A DNA stretch of 35,402 nt, taken from a virus. Its lineage: Duplodnaviria > Caudoviricetes. The notes under the pieces are model-generated. The model had not been told where the DNA came from. It searched no databases and saw nothing but the letters and a program-made list of their open reading frames with translations. How positions within the stretch are numbered: the first letter of the stretch is position 1; each line of letters starts with the position of its first letter. Where the stretch lies: the IMG/VR virus record IMGVR_UViG_3300037631_000271, positions 1 to 35,402 of that record; one strand, written 5' to 3'. Below, one piece after another: positions 1-9,083 of this stretch. Position numbers and translations under genes: made by a program.

Positions 1-862
1 CACTTGTGGTGTAAGTGTAAGTTCCCGCAGTGGATGAGCCAAAAAATGTCGGCGTCCAAGTGCCTTCTTCATAATCATCCAGCGCATTTGCCGCCGCCGT
101 ATCGCCGTTGAAGGTAAGGCCACCGCCGGACAAAAGACGGGCGGTTTCAGAGCCGCCAGAAAACATCACCAAATCGTTTGTTAATGCACCAACTCTTACG
201 GAACCATCATTGGATGTATTTGCATCTGAGAAAGTAGCAAAAGCATATGTTCCGGCTGTATGAGTTATGCTTGCAACCCTATTCTCACTTGCATTGACTG
301 TTAGTGTTCTTGCGGGAGAATTTGTGCCGATACCGACTTTATCATTACCGCCATCAACAACAAGCATATTAGCGTTGCCGTTGCTTTCAACACGGAAGTC
401 TACGTCTACGCTGTCCTCGTTGAGTACAGTTTCTGTGGGAGTTGCGGAAAAGCGTGACCTTGATGTACCAGCAACCTGTGTCATTAATGACCAAGTTGCA
501 TCTTCAGAGCCGTCGCTGACATCTGATGCAAGCACCTCAATTCCACAAAATGCATGGTCTGCACCGGCATCGTTATCAGCAGTCCAACTAATAAATCCGA
601 TAGCATCACCGTCGGCGGGAGAAGCAGAATCTCTTGTTAATACTAAATCAGGACCACGACCACCATCTGCGTCTGTAGACTTGAGTGTTAGGTTTGCACT
701 ATTGTCGTCAGTAGTGATTGTTGCGCCAGCACTTGATGTTATTGCGCCAGTAACATCAAGCGTACCCGCCGCTGTTGCGTTACCCGTAAGTGTGGTAGTG
801 CCGCTTACAGTGAGACTGTCAGCCGTATTAAATCGTGATACCCCAGAACCAATATACGGCAT
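1..862 (-). CDS. Tail fibre / receptor-binding protein, 3' end truncated by window edge
   Basis: Not in the ORF track because it runs off the window. ATG at 862-860 overlaps the upstream TAA (TAATG). It translates as MPYIGSGVSRFNTADSLTVSG...DFRVESNGNANMLVVDGGNDKVGIGT...ANALDDYEEGTWTPT, with motifs typical of marine phage fibres. Confidence 0.85.
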   Translation of the reverse strand, partial: MPYIGSGVSRFNTADSLTVSGTTTLTGNATAAGTLDVTGAITSSAGATITTDDNSANLTLKSTDADGGRGPDLVLTRDSASPADGDAIGFISWTADNDAGADHAFCGIEVLASDVSDGSEDATWSLMTQVAGTSRSRFSATPTETVLNEDSVDVDFRVESNGNANMLVVDGGNDKVGIGTNSPARTLTVNASENRVASITHTAGTYAFATFSDANTSNDGSVRVGALTNDLVMFSGGSETARLLSGGGLTFNGDTAAANALDDYEEGTWTPTFFGSSTAGTYTYTTS

Positions 863-1221
863 TAGGTTATCTCCATGATGCTCATAGTTACACTAGCCTT
901 GTCAGCAACAGAACAGTCAATCTGAATCTTGTCTGTTGTTTCAAGGACTACTTTGTTGCCAGCAAGTATTTCAAGAGATGAACCCACAGGAAGCGGGGCA
1001 TCTTTCAACAAGAATGTTGTCGTGTTGGTCGCTGTACGTCCACCGCCTGATGTATCACTAACCAGCTTCACACTTACTGTGACTTGGCTGGTGTGTACGT
1101 TTGAAAGCACCATACCCAAGATTATTGTGGTGGTACTGCCGGGGCAGGTGTACAAGTCTTCTGGCGTACCGCTAGATGCTGGCATAACGTCATGCGATAC
1201 TACCTTAAATGTGTTAGCCAT
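862..1221 (-). CDS. Small beta-rich tail-associated structural protein
   Basis: 119 aa, MANTFK...DLYTCP...IILGMVLSNV. Lies between two fibre genes and has a GAGGGA RBS. Confidence 0.7.
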   Translation of the reverse strand: MANTFKVVSHDVMPASSGTPEDLYTCPGSTTTIILGMVLSNVHTSQVTVSVKLVSDTSGGGRTATNTTTFLLKDAPLPVGSSLEILAGNKVVLETTDKIQIDCSVADKASVTMSIMEIT

Positions 1222-1242
1222 AGATTATCCCTCTTCGGATAT

Positions 1243-1271
1243 ATTATACGTTATTAATCGTTGATTGTCAA
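1243..1271 (-). promoter_or_regulatory. Consensus sigma70 promoter
   Basis: Minus strand TTGACA (1271-1266), 17 bp, TATAAT (1248-1243), in the intergenic gap upstream of 862..1221. Confidence 0.85.
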
Positions 1272-1273
1272 GG

Positions 1274-3361
1274 TTAACCCAGCGCAATTGCAAGGGCTGT
1301 CGCTTCGTTAGCAGCATCAGCAGCAGTTACAGCACCGATGTCTGAGATAACTTCTGATGCGGAACGCCCTTCAATGGATGTACCGTCAATACGAAGAAAG
1401 TCATTGTCAGCAGCACCACTCGTAAATACGGCTACATTACCACTGCTAATGCCTGTAGCTGCGACTGCTGCTGTACCAAGCCCTAGAGTTGAACGCTGCG
1501 CTGCTGCATCGGCATCATCAAGTAGGGCTTTTCCTGCTGCTGTAAGGTCGTATGTGGCTGCGCTACCAGAGCCGGTAAACTGAATACCTTTATCCGCTGC
1601 AGATGTCAGACCAGCAATTGCTTGTAAATCTGCATCAAGTCGTGCGTTAGCTACGGTGCCAGAAAGCTGACTGGCATTAATAGTTTTGTTGGTCAAAGTC
1701 TGAGTAGCTGTTGTTCCAACAATTTCTTGGTCGCCGCCAGCAGGAAGAGTCAGAGTATTTGTAACTGACGCAGAGTGTGGTTGTGCCTGTATAGTTTGTG
1801 CGTGTGCGTTACTTGACTCACAATAAAATTTAACTTGTGAACGAGAACCTGTGCCAGTGCGGATATCAACTAAGCCATCTGAAATGGTCACACCACCAGA
1901 TGAACCATTGCCGTCGATGTTTACCTTACCCGACCCGTTTGGTAGGATGTCGATATTGCCATTTGACGTGGATACGATGTCGTTGCCATTTACATCAAGG
2001 TCGCCACCAAGCTGTGGGCTAGTGTCGGCCACCACTTCTGTCAGGCCACCGGCACTAGAGATAAGGTTAGTGACTGTAACTTTTTTAAGTGCGCTTGCTG
2101 ATGCGTCATGTAACAGCAGAGTATCGTTAGTAATACTAACATCACCAGACGTAATAGCAGACTGACCGCTAATAACATTCTCGTTGACCATTGCTGTTTC
2201 AACTGCATCATTAGCAATCGTTGCTGCACCTGTAGAGGCCAGCGTAATATCACCAGAAATAGCCTTGTTGTCAAAGCTGTCAGAGCCATCATAGATAAGA
2301 ACGTGACCAGATGCAAGAGATGATATATTGGTATCGTTTAGTTCTTCTAGCGTATCTTCTGTCTGTATCTGTGCATCTACATATGCCTTAATAGCTTTAG
2401 CGGATGCCAGCGTCGTATCTGTGCCAGCAACACTGGACAGGTCCGTATCGAGAACACCCGACTTGAGGTTGTCCACTTCGATATTCGACAGGGTATTGTT
2501 GTCTGCGTCGATTGTTTTGTTTGTTAGGGTCTTTGTGGTTGCAGCAAGGTACGTGTCGAAAGTGTCAACTGTGGTCTGCCGCATAGTACCGGCGTCATTA
2601 GTTACAAGACCGTCAGCACCAGCCACTGCCGTTGTGCCAGCAGATGTGCCACCATCCATCAGGTTGAGTTCTGCAGTCGTAGCAGTAACACCGTCCATAA
2701 TGTTGAGTTCAGATGTGGTAGCTGTTACCCCATCCATAATGTTCAACTCTGACGCAGTAGCGGTTACACCATCAAGGATGTTTAGTTCTGCTGCAGTCGA
2801 TGTTACACCATCTAAGATATTGAGTTCTGCCGTAGTCGAGGTTACACCGTCTAGGATATTTATTTCTGCTGCTGTGGATGTTACGCCATCTAGGATATTA
2901 AGTTCTGCCGCAGTCGATGTCACACCGTCTAGGATGTTGAGTTCAGCAGCAGTGGATGTTATGGCTGTGCCGTTGAAGTTGATGGCATCTACGTGAGCCG
3001 TTCCATCTATATAGAGGTCCTTAAATTCCTTGCCCGATGAACCCAGATCGATATCGTTGTCAGTTGTCGGCTCAATCACGCCGTCCTTAAAGACAACCTG
3101 TTCGGTGGACGTACCTGATACGTCTACACTTACTTCGATTTGATTGTTGGGGTTGTCAACAACAACCTTGTTTAAGGGGGTCGTTACTCCCGGATCGCCA
3201 ATGAGTCCGATAACCGGACCCTCACCTGCTGTGCCATCATGCTTGTGACCAGTGGTATTAACAAACGAGGCTAAAAGCTGGTTGAATTCATCATTGGAAT
3301 CTGCTGCATCAATAACGTCGCCATCAACGTAGGTTGACTGCCGTGCGGAATATCCTGCCAT
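1274..3361 (-). CDS. Tail fibre protein with 13-aa tandem repeats
   Basis: 695 aa, rich in Thr/Ala/Gly/Asp. Has the N-terminal HKHDG anchor motif, (V)TSTAAELNILDG repeats, SPQLGGDLDVNG and C-terminal ALAIALG. Follows the tail nozzle gene. Confidence 0.85.
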   Translation of the reverse strand: MAGYSARQSTYVDGDVIDAADSNDEFNQLLASFVNTTGHKHDGTAGEGPVIGLIGDPGVTTPLNKVVVDNPNNQIEVSVDVSGTSTEQVVFKDGVIEPTTDNDIDLGSSGKEFKDLYIDGTAHVDAINFNGTAITSTAAELNILDGVTSTAAELNILDGVTSTAAEINILDGVTSTTAELNILDGVTSTAAELNILDGVTATASELNIMDGVTATTSELNIMDGVTATTAELNLMDGGTSAGTTAVAGADGLVTNDAGTMRQTTVDTFDTYLAATTKTLTNKTIDADNNTLSNIEVDNLKSGVLDTDLSSVAGTDTTLASAKAIKAYVDAQIQTEDTLEELNDTNISSLASGHVLIYDGSDSFDNKAISGDITLASTGAATIANDAVETAMVNENVISGQSAITSGDVSITNDTLLLHDASASALKKVTVTNLISSAGGLTEVVADTSPQLGGDLDVNGNDIVSTSNGNIDILPNGSGKVNIDGNGSSGGVTISDGLVDIRTGTGSRSQVKFYCESSNAHAQTIQAQPHSASVTNTLTLPAGGDQEIVGTTATQTLTNKTINASQLSGTVANARLDADLQAIAGLTSAADKGIQFTGSGSAATYDLTAAGKALLDDADAAAQRSTLGLGTAAVAATGISSGNVAVFTSGAADNDFLRIDGTSIEGRSASEVISDIGAVTAADAANEATALAIALG
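2651..2962 (-). repeat. 8 x 39-bp degenerate coding tandem repeat (VTSTAAELNILDG)
   Basis: Eight consecutive 13-codon units with many synonymous differences; 312 bp = 8 x 39. Confidence 0.9.
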
Positions 3362-4894
3362 TTAACGTCTCCCTCCCGGAGTAAATTCTAGTTGATAACC
3401 CTTGATTGAAAAGGGTGCAAGTCCGCTGCGGTCATCCACACGCACACCCACTGTAAATCCGCCACCCTCTACGGACTGACGTACCAGAGGTGCGCCTGAC
3501 GATCCATACACCGCAGTGGCGTACTTACTAATAGGATCGCCGTAGATAGCTGCGCTTCCTCCGGTGCTTAGGGCGTACTCTGCAGGTTGAGGAGTGTCAC
3601 TAGAAAGAAAATCATAACGAATACGAAAGTTGGAATTCATCGTGCCTTCGTTTTCGTAGTTCCAAATAATTCTTTGCATCATTTTGCGAACACCTGCATC
3701 TCCCATATTCAAGTCAGGAGATCGATATCGTGCGGGTATAGAAGTCCCATCAAAAGTGTTACCATCATCGTGTTTGTATACGTAACCGTCGTGACCGCCG
3801 TGAACGATTGTTTCGGTGTTGTCGATAAAGCCGGATGCCATGCAGGCAGGCTTGATGCCCTGCAAGTCAGCGTACTCGAACCCCATACCTCCGCTTTCGG
3901 AGGACTGCTTAATTACGGCAGCTATGCCCTTTGATCCTGTTTCCACAGTAGCATCTGCAGCAAAAAAGAGGCGGTACTGGCTCTTATTACGAATAACAGT
4001 AGAAGAAATTCTGTCGAGACTAATATTAGTAAGCAGAAGCCTGTCCTGTATCTGCTTTGATACTGTACCAAGTTCTACGTCACCGATACGTGCAGTACCC
4101 GCAAGGGTGCGAAGCCCATCGGGGGCAAGGTAGATAATGTCACCGCCAAGTTCCTGAATACTGTGCTGACTCACACAGCCGATTCTGCGCGTTACAGGTT
4201 GCAGTTGAAAGTCAGCAATGGATGTGCCGGTAAGTTGATGAATCTGATCTTCGCAGAAAATAAACAACGAGTTACGAAAAGTGACTAGCTGAACTACCGT
4301 GCTATCGACTTTGATTGACCCTGCGCCGTTTGCTGCAGAAAAATCTGTTTCGCTAAAGGGTGCAGAAAACACAATCTCTTGAGGGTTGGATGACATACCC
4401 GCAAAGAACATGTGATTTTTGTGTAAAGCGACAGTTGCAGGATCAGCGGGTGCGCCAGTAGTGTTTACAGCAGTAACGGAACTATTATTAAATATGGCAG
4501 CGTTATTAACGCCGTCTACATAGATTATTTTTTCGTTGTTGTCAAAGTTGTATGTAACAAAGCTGTAGCGTTCAGCACCAGTTCTGCCCGTCTGTATCTC
4601 TGTCCACGATCCGCTGGTGCCACCCTTAAAAACTTTTGTGCCTCGTGCAGCAATTATGTTGCCCTTGTATATAGCCACGCCAAGAATTTTTTCTGTGGAA
4701 GCACTCGTCTGCGGGACAATAGTGGAATTATATTTTGAAAAACCATTGATACGACGATAGCCGCCTGAAATATCCGGCTCAAAGTTAATAAGTTCAAGAG
4801 CCGCGCCGGGGGGCATAGAGAACGAATCCCTGTTAAGAATTAGTCCGCCATCTAGCTTTACAACAAATGGACTTAGTAGGGAAGTATCGGGCAT
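3362..4894 (-). CDS. Tail nozzle / tail tubular protein B-like (beta-propeller)
   Basis: 510 aa, beta-rich, with GGL N-terminus, IGC...SIQELGGDIIYLAPDGLR and YRSPDLNMGD motifs. Sits after the adaptor gene. Confidence 0.75.
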   Translation of the reverse strand: MPDTSLLSPFVVKLDGGLILNRDSFSMPPGAALELINFEPDISGGYRRINGFSKYNSTIVPQTSASTEKILGVAIYKGNIIAARGTKVFKGGTSGSWTEIQTGRTGAERYSFVTYNFDNNEKIIYVDGVNNAAIFNNSSVTAVNTTGAPADPATVALHKNHMFFAGMSSNPQEIVFSAPFSETDFSAANGAGSIKVDSTVVQLVTFRNSLFIFCEDQIHQLTGTSIADFQLQPVTRRIGCVSQHSIQELGGDIIYLAPDGLRTLAGTARIGDVELGTVSKQIQDRLLLTNISLDRISSTVIRNKSQYRLFFAADATVETGSKGIAAVIKQSSESGGMGFEYADLQGIKPACMASGFIDNTETIVHGGHDGYVYKHDDGNTFDGTSIPARYRSPDLNMGDAGVRKMMQRIIWNYENEGTMNSNFRIRYDFLSSDTPQPAEYALSTGGSAAIYGDPISKYATAVYGSSGAPLVRQSVEGGGFTVGVRVDDRSGLAPFSIKGYQLEFTPGGRR

Positions 4895-5556
4895 TAGACG
4901 GCTCTCATGTAATCCTTACGATTAATCAATTCGATACGCATACGAGACAATCCTTCTGTGTAATCTCGCAATGCAAGCTGTGAGAATTGCACATCGGAGC
5001 GTAGCATGTGTGCGTAGTACCTAGCGCGATTTACAATAACGTCGTGAAATCTTTCTGGAATAGTAGGTGTGTCTGTGTTTGCGGACATGTCGCTGACTGT
5101 CTTATAGTAGTAGTACCTAACGGTGTAGGTGGACACGTCCGGTACAGGAGACAATCCTAGCTTTTGGTCAGGCGTCTTATAAATAAACTCCGGCAGGGCA
5201 CGTGAACCCGTGTCGGGATTTGTATCGGTCTCATTGCGCCGATCTAAGTATTCATTAAATGAAAGATATCTTAGTTTTTTTTCTGCTGTCGATGCGGATT
5301 CTTGTACAGTAAAGCTGTCATAATCAACAGTCTTCGCATCTGATTCTCTGGCATACTCTGCTGTTCCTGCAGTAGTTGTGAAAGATTGACTAACAACAGT
5401 AAACGGCCACTCGATTTCTGAGTTGATAATGTCACGTTGAGCCTTGTTGATAAAATCAGCAACAGATGTTTGTATACCCCTAGTCGAAGCCACGTTAGTG
5501 ATTTCAACCTCGTTGATCTCTCGAAGAACAGCATTGCAGAGTTGGAGATAGTTCAT
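4894..5556 (-). CDS. Head-tail adaptor / tail tubular protein A-like
   Basis: 220 aa, MNYLQLCNAVLREINE...PVPD...PTIPERFHDVIV, typical of podovirus adaptors. Position supports the call. Confidence 0.75.
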   Translation of the reverse strand: MNYLQLCNAVLREINEVEITNVASTRGIQTSVADFINKAQRDIINSEIEWPFTVVSQSFTTTAGTAEYARESDAKTVDYDSFTVQESASTAEKKLRYLSFNEYLDRRNETDTNPDTGSRALPEFIYKTPDQKLGLSPVPDVSTYTVRYYYYKTVSDMSANTDTPTIPERFHDVIVNRARYYAHMLRSDVQFSQLALRDYTEGLSRMRIELINRKDYMRAV

Positions 5557-5559
5557 GTT

Positions 5560-5919
5560 TTACCTGTGAGGTTCGTAAAATTCTTCGGCAGCAACGACGA
5601 CTGTCAGGGTGTCAGCGGTGCCTGCAGCTACGATAATCTTGTCACCCGCGTGGCAGTAGAGAGGCTTGTCTACTGTAAAGAGTGATTCAGAACCTTTGCC
5701 TGTCACTGCGTGGGACGAAAACAACGTGTGTGTAGTCGAGGCATCAGCTTCGTGAAACTTTAGAGTGTAGTTACGATTACTAGAATCGTTGTTGGTTATC
5801 AGGACGTGTTCAATGTGGGACGAAAAGTTTGCCGGAACAACGTAGCAATCCGTATCATTCGTATTTGTCAGGGCCGTTGCTTGGGTAACAAACTTGGAAC
5901 CTCCATTTAATACTGGCAT
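5560..5919 (-). CDS. Small beta-rich structural protein, similar pattern to 862..1221
   Basis: 119 aa with DCYVVP...VLITN and GDKI motifs that parallel DLYTCP...VLSN and TDKI in 862..1221. Confidence 0.6.
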   Translation of the reverse strand: MPVLNGGSKFVTQATALTNTNDTDCYVVPANFSSHIEHVLITNNDSSNRNYTLKFHEADASTTHTLFSSHAVTGKGSESLFTVDKPLYCHAGDKIIVAAGTADTLTVVVAAEEFYEPHR

Positions 5920-5931
5920 ATCTAGTACCCG

Positions 5932-6138
5932 TTAAGCTTCGCTATCCAGAACTGCAAGTGCTGCCAGCTTGTCCTCAGCATCCGCCCAAGCTTGGACCGC
6001 CTTGTCCATTTCTTCAAGCAAATCCGGATGTTCACCGATAGCAGCAGGATTGTTCGTGTAATTCGCATATACAAAGAGTGCATCTTTTTGTTGGGCCTCG
6101 TACTTGTGCTTCAATGCTTCGTAGGCAAGTCGTTTCAT
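5932..6138 (-). CDS. Conserved small phage hypothetical protein
   Basis: Start moved to ATG at 6138 (MKRLAYEAL...NPAAIGEHPDLLEEMDK), which has a GGGAG RBS. Confidence 0.7.
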   Translation of the reverse strand: MKRLAYEALKHKYEAQQKDALFVYANYTNNPAAIGEHPDLLEEMDKAVQAWADAEDKLAALAVLDSEA

Positions 6139-6157
6139 GTCGGTCTCCCTGTAGAGC

Positions 6158-6186
6158 ATTATACACCTATTTTAACAGTTTGGCAA
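6158..6186 (-). promoter_or_regulatory. sigma70 promoter
   Basis: TTGCCA (6186-6181), 17 bp, TATAAT (6163-6158), intergenic. Confidence 0.75.
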
Positions 6187-6190
6187 GGAC

Positions 6191-6889
6191 TTATTTCTTT
6201 TGTGACTCGCGGATTGCTTTGAGTGTTTCTTGGATGCTTGGTGGCTTGGCATCGTTAGGCTCATACTTACACTGAAACTCGCGGGGGAACCACTCGTCCA
6301 TACGAAAAAACAACGTGTCCACCGTATTGTTTACGCCGTGATATACGCACACCCTCTGCTTGTCTACGGTGGTGCAGCCCTTCAACCGACAGGTCACGTA
6401 CTCTGGGTCTGCAGCGTGAGCAACCTGCCCCTTCATAAAGACGACGAAAGCGTATAGGGCTGCGGCACCTGCAGTAACTACCAGTATCCACGCTACAATC
6501 TCTACAAACTTCTGTCTGCGTTCACGCTGCTTGTAGAGTGTTTCCTTGCGCTGCTTACGTATCTGACCTTCCATTGCTACGAGTGAGTCCCACTTCGACT
6601 TGCCCATCGTCAGGCTTATCCACTGCTGTAGTTCGTATCGCTGCTGCCTTGCCTTTTCTTTATTGGCAAAGGCGGTTATGGCTTCCTGCTCCACCGTCTG
6701 TCCAGCAAACAACTTCTTGAATATCGGCGGGTTCTTGGCTTCCTTCTCCGCCTGCTCCAAGTCAGACATGGCACCCATCCAACGTGACAGGTCGCCCGCC
6801 ATCTGTTCGATATCCCGACCTACGGCAAAACCCTTCTTGATTGCAGAAAAGGCTGCCGAAGCAGTTGCCATTGCGGAAATGGGGTCCAT
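6191..6889 (-). CDS. Membrane-anchored protein with coiled-coil N-terminus and Cys-rich C-terminal domain (lysis region)
   Basis: Likely start is ATG 6889 (MDPISAMATASAAF), coupled by TGATG. One TM segment (IVAWILVVTAGAAALYAFVVFM) is followed by a 4-Cys domain. Confidence 0.7.
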   Translation of the reverse strand: MDPISAMATASAAFSAIKKGFAVGRDIEQMAGDLSRWMGAMSDLEQAEKEAKNPPIFKKLFAGQTVEQEAITAFANKEKARQQRYELQQWISLTMGKSKWDSLVAMEGQIRKQRKETLYKQRERRQKFVEIVAWILVVTAGAAALYAFVVFMKGQVAHAADPEYVTCRLKGCTTVDKQRVCVYHGVNNTVDTLFFRMDEWFPREFQCKYEPNDAKPPSIQETLKAIRESQKK

Positions 6890-7077
6890 CAGTATACTTT
6901 CGTGTTGTTGTCGATTAGTTTTGGTAGACAGTAGGAGGTTATCTTTTCTCCCTGTTTGTGTAGGGTTTGTGCGTACCACACACAATCATTGAGGTCGGCA
7001 AAGTACAAATCGTTGCTGACCATCTTCTTGTCTTCCCCCGTGCCCAAGAAAACGAACAGGAGAAAGACGTGTTTCAC
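6889..7077 (-). CDS. Small hypothetical protein with hydrophobic N-terminus and 2 Cys
   Basis: 62 aa, GTG start with GGGAG RBS, tightly packed between neighbours. Confidence 0.65.
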   Translation of the reverse strand: MKHVFLLFVFLGTGEDKKMVSNDLYFADLNDCVWYAQTLHKQGEKITSYCLPKLIDNNTKVY

Positions 7078-7079
7078 GT

Positions 7080-7565
7080 TCAGAACTCTCCCTTGACCAT
7101 TGCGTCCGAAAGCTTAGTGGCCCGCGAACCGACTTGTGTCGCCCAACGCGAATCGAGCATCTCCCGTCCAGCGGCGTCGAACTTCTTTTCGTGTATCGCA
7201 TTCCACATGCGCTTGAATTTACAGAGACGGGGGACACCCATGTTAAAAGCCATGTCCATCAGAATCAATTGTCGAACGGAGTCGAGGTCCTTCACACACT
7301 CGTGTACGCGACACAGTTCGTCCTCGACGATCTTCATATCGTTCATAGCTAGGTAGCGGGCATCAGCCTCTGTGATACCATGCTCGTACACAACAGCCAT
7401 CGATGGGATGTCCATGTGATCCAGTTCTTCTTTGCTGATACCACGATCCTTGAGATTGCGTCCGATACCAATTGTGTCGATACCCAGCGTATCCTGATAG
7501 ACAGTGAGGACCATGCCCTCGTGTGCAATCAGTTTATCCAGAAAATGAGAAGTGTTATACTTCAT
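7080..7565 (-). CDS. Endolysin, T4-lysozyme-like muramidase (GH24)
   Basis: HEG...YQDTLGIDTIGIGRNL carries the E-x8-D-x5-T catalytic triad; also MAFNMG and EMLDSRWATQVGSRA. Confidence 0.92.
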   Translation of the reverse strand: MKYNTSHFLDKLIAHEGMVLTVYQDTLGIDTIGIGRNLKDRGISKEELDHMDIPSMAVVYEHGITEADARYLAMNDMKIVEDELCRVHECVKDLDSVRQLILMDMAFNMGVPRLCKFKRMWNAIHEKKFDAAGREMLDSRWATQVGSRATKLSDAMVKGEF

Positions 7566-7745
7566 CTAATTACCAACCTTCTTTTTGGCTCGTACGTGAG
7601 CCTTTGTAAACGACATACCTGCTAGCATGTCCTTCTTCATTGCGGCCATATGTTTTTTACTATGATGCTTAGAATGCTTTTTCATAGTTTCTTTTTGCCG
7701 CTTAGTTAGGTCTTTCTTCGTAGGTTTTTTTGGAACTCGTTTCAT
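7566..7745 (-). CDS. Small highly basic Lys/His-rich protein
   Basis: MKRVPKKPTKKDLTKRQKETMKKHSKHHSKKHM..., ATG 7745 with GGAG RBS. Confidence 0.7.
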   Translation of the reverse strand: MKRVPKKPTKKDLTKRQKETMKKHSKHHSKKHMAAMKKDMLAGMSFTKAHVRAKKKVGN

Positions 7746-7950
7746 TTCTGTTTTCTCCTCCCATCCAGATACCAAACGCACCTGTCATGGCTCCCATTAC
7801 AACGCTTACAAATGCGGACTGTGCTGCAGTGGGGCTGTCCAAGTTCATAAACCACTCTGCACAACGCCAACTCATCAGTGTCATCACGAGCATCATAAAG
7901 CGGGGCAGAAGCTTCCATTTCGAGATGCGTTCGAATGTTACGTCAGCCAC
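7702..7950 (-). CDS. Small two-TM membrane protein (holin/antiholin-like)
   Basis: GTG start at 7950, with hydrophobic segments LLPRFMMLVMTLMSW and AFVSVVMGAMTGAFGIW. Lies in the lysis cassette. Confidence 0.6.
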   Translation of the reverse strand: MADVTFERISKWKLLPRFMMLVMTLMSWRCAEWFMNLDSPTAAQSAFVSVVMGAMTGAFGIWMGGENRNETSSKKTYEERPN

Positions 7951-7952
7951 GC

Positions 7953-8336
7953 CTATTTCTTTCCGAAGAACTTCGTTGCGCTTCGTACGCCAAAGCTTGC
8001 AGCAACAATAACGCCCAAGCTGTACTGGTACCATTCAGGCATTTGCTCCAGTTGTTGAAATCCGTGTGAGACGACATCTTCCATACCCGGTATGAATGCT
8101 AGGATCAGGGGAACCGAAAACAAGATAACCAGCCACTCATCCTTCCACGAGTTCTGACTACCCTTGATCGCTTCTAAGTCCCAGTCTATTTCACCTGTTG
8201 CTTTCTTTTCCATGATGACCGCTTCGGCTTTTGCCATCGCGACCTTCGCACCTGTTTCGGCTTTGGTCTTTTCGACCTTGCCCTGTAGCCATGTGCCAGC
8301 TAGTTCAGAAATCGGACCTATCAGTAGGTTTAACAT
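7953..8336 (-). CDS. Putative holin (3TM / GTA-holin-like)
   Basis: SWKDEWLVILFSVPLILAF...PEWYQYSLGVIVAASFGVR pattern with a basic C-terminus, upstream of the endolysin. Confidence 0.65.
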   Translation of the reverse strand: MLNLLIGPISELAGTWLQGKVEKTKAETGAKVAMAKAEAVIMEKKATGEIDWDLEAIKGSQNSWKDEWLVILFSVPLILAFIPGMEDVVSHGFQQLEQMPEWYQYSLGVIVAASFGVRSATKFFGKK

Positions 8337-8614
8337 TTCCACCTCTTCCGTGCTTGGCGAAGACGACTATTCGGATTCTTCGCTGCCTTCGGGAACTTCT
8401 TCATCTGTCCTGCAGAGCGGGCACAAAATGACTTGCGACGTTTTGCTGCCTTGCTTCCGGGTTTTACTTTACCTGTCACTGCAGTCTTGAGTTTGCTGCC
8501 GGGGTTCTTCTTGCGGTATGCAGCCACCCCAGCCTTCGTCATACCCGCACCCTTCTTGGTAGGGCGAAAGTTCTTCTTGTTGCGGGCAGGCATGTTGTCA
8601 GGCTTTTTTGCCAC
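8330..8614 (-). CDS. Small highly basic protein (RRKSFCAR family)
   Basis: 94 aa, very K/R-rich, GMTKAGVAAYRKKNPGSKLK...RRKSFCARS...ARKRWKC. Overlap-coupled with neighbours. Confidence 0.75.
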   Translation of the reverse strand: MAKKPDNMPARNKKNFRPTKKGAGMTKAGVAAYRKKNPGSKLKTAVTGKVKPGSKAAKRRKSFCARSAGQMKKFPKAAKNPNSRLRQARKRWKC

Positions 8615-8846
8615 TGGACTTCTTCCTTCTTCTGCCCGAAGCTGTTACAGACCAGTTCACTTTGCGTGGTCCGGTCTTCTTTGCTGCTTCTTTCTTGGTT
8701 ATGCGCTTGGCCACTTTGGCTGGCCTACATGCAGGATAGGGCCGCTTCTTCTTTTCTGATCCGGAACGACCACATTTCTTGCCGGTCTTTACATCCCGCC
8801 AGTCTTCCTTGAACCATTTCGTTAAGCCGCCCTTTGGTTTGGCCAT
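8598..8846 (-). CDS. Small highly basic protein
   Basis: 82 aa, GGLTKWFKEDWRDVKTGKKCGRS...YPACRP, coupled by TAATG. Confidence 0.75.
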   Translation of the reverse strand: MAKPKGGLTKWFKEDWRDVKTGKKCGRSGSEKKKRPYPACRPAKVAKRITKKEAAKKTGPRKVNWSVTASGRRRKKSSGKKA

Positions 8847-9028
8847 TAGGCGTACGTCCCACCACGCTTCTTATACGTACGAACAAGCCAAGCATTTGCG
8901 TATGCGCTTGGGTAAACATCGAATTTCTTCTTTGCTTCTGCTTTTACACGAGAGTAGAGAGCCTTGTTTTTAGGCGTAGGACTGCCTGACTTCTTCTTCT
9001 TTGGTTTGGCTGGTGCTCTAGGTGCCAT
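8846..9028 (-). CDS. Small highly basic protein
   Basis: 60 aa, NKALYSRVKAEAKKKFDVYPSAYANAWLVRTYKKRGGTY, with GGGGGA RBS. Confidence 0.75.
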   Translation of the reverse strand: MAPRAPAKPKKKKSGSPTPKNKALYSRVKAEAKKKFDVYPSAYANAWLVRTYKKRGGTYA

Positions 9029-9054
9029 AGGTGTATCCCCCGCAAAGGTTATTG

Positions 9055-9083
9055 CTTATAACATGAATTGAGTAAGGAGTAAA
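9055..9083 (-). promoter_or_regulatory. Putative sigma70 promoter with extended -10
   Basis: TTTACT (9083-9078), 17 bp, TATAAG (9060-9055) preceded by TGn, immediately after the terminator. Confidence 0.5.

Noticed and set aside
267-878. 203-aa plus-strand ORF
   Set aside because: It is the antisense shadow of the minus-strand tail fibre gene 1..862; Ser/Val/Pro-rich with no RBS.
2651-2962. Possible CRISPR-like array
   Set aside because: Units are contiguous, in-frame and degenerate at third codon positions, with no unique spacers.
2328-2996. 222-aa plus-strand repetitive ORF
   Set aside because: It is the antisense reading of the fibre's 39-bp repeats.
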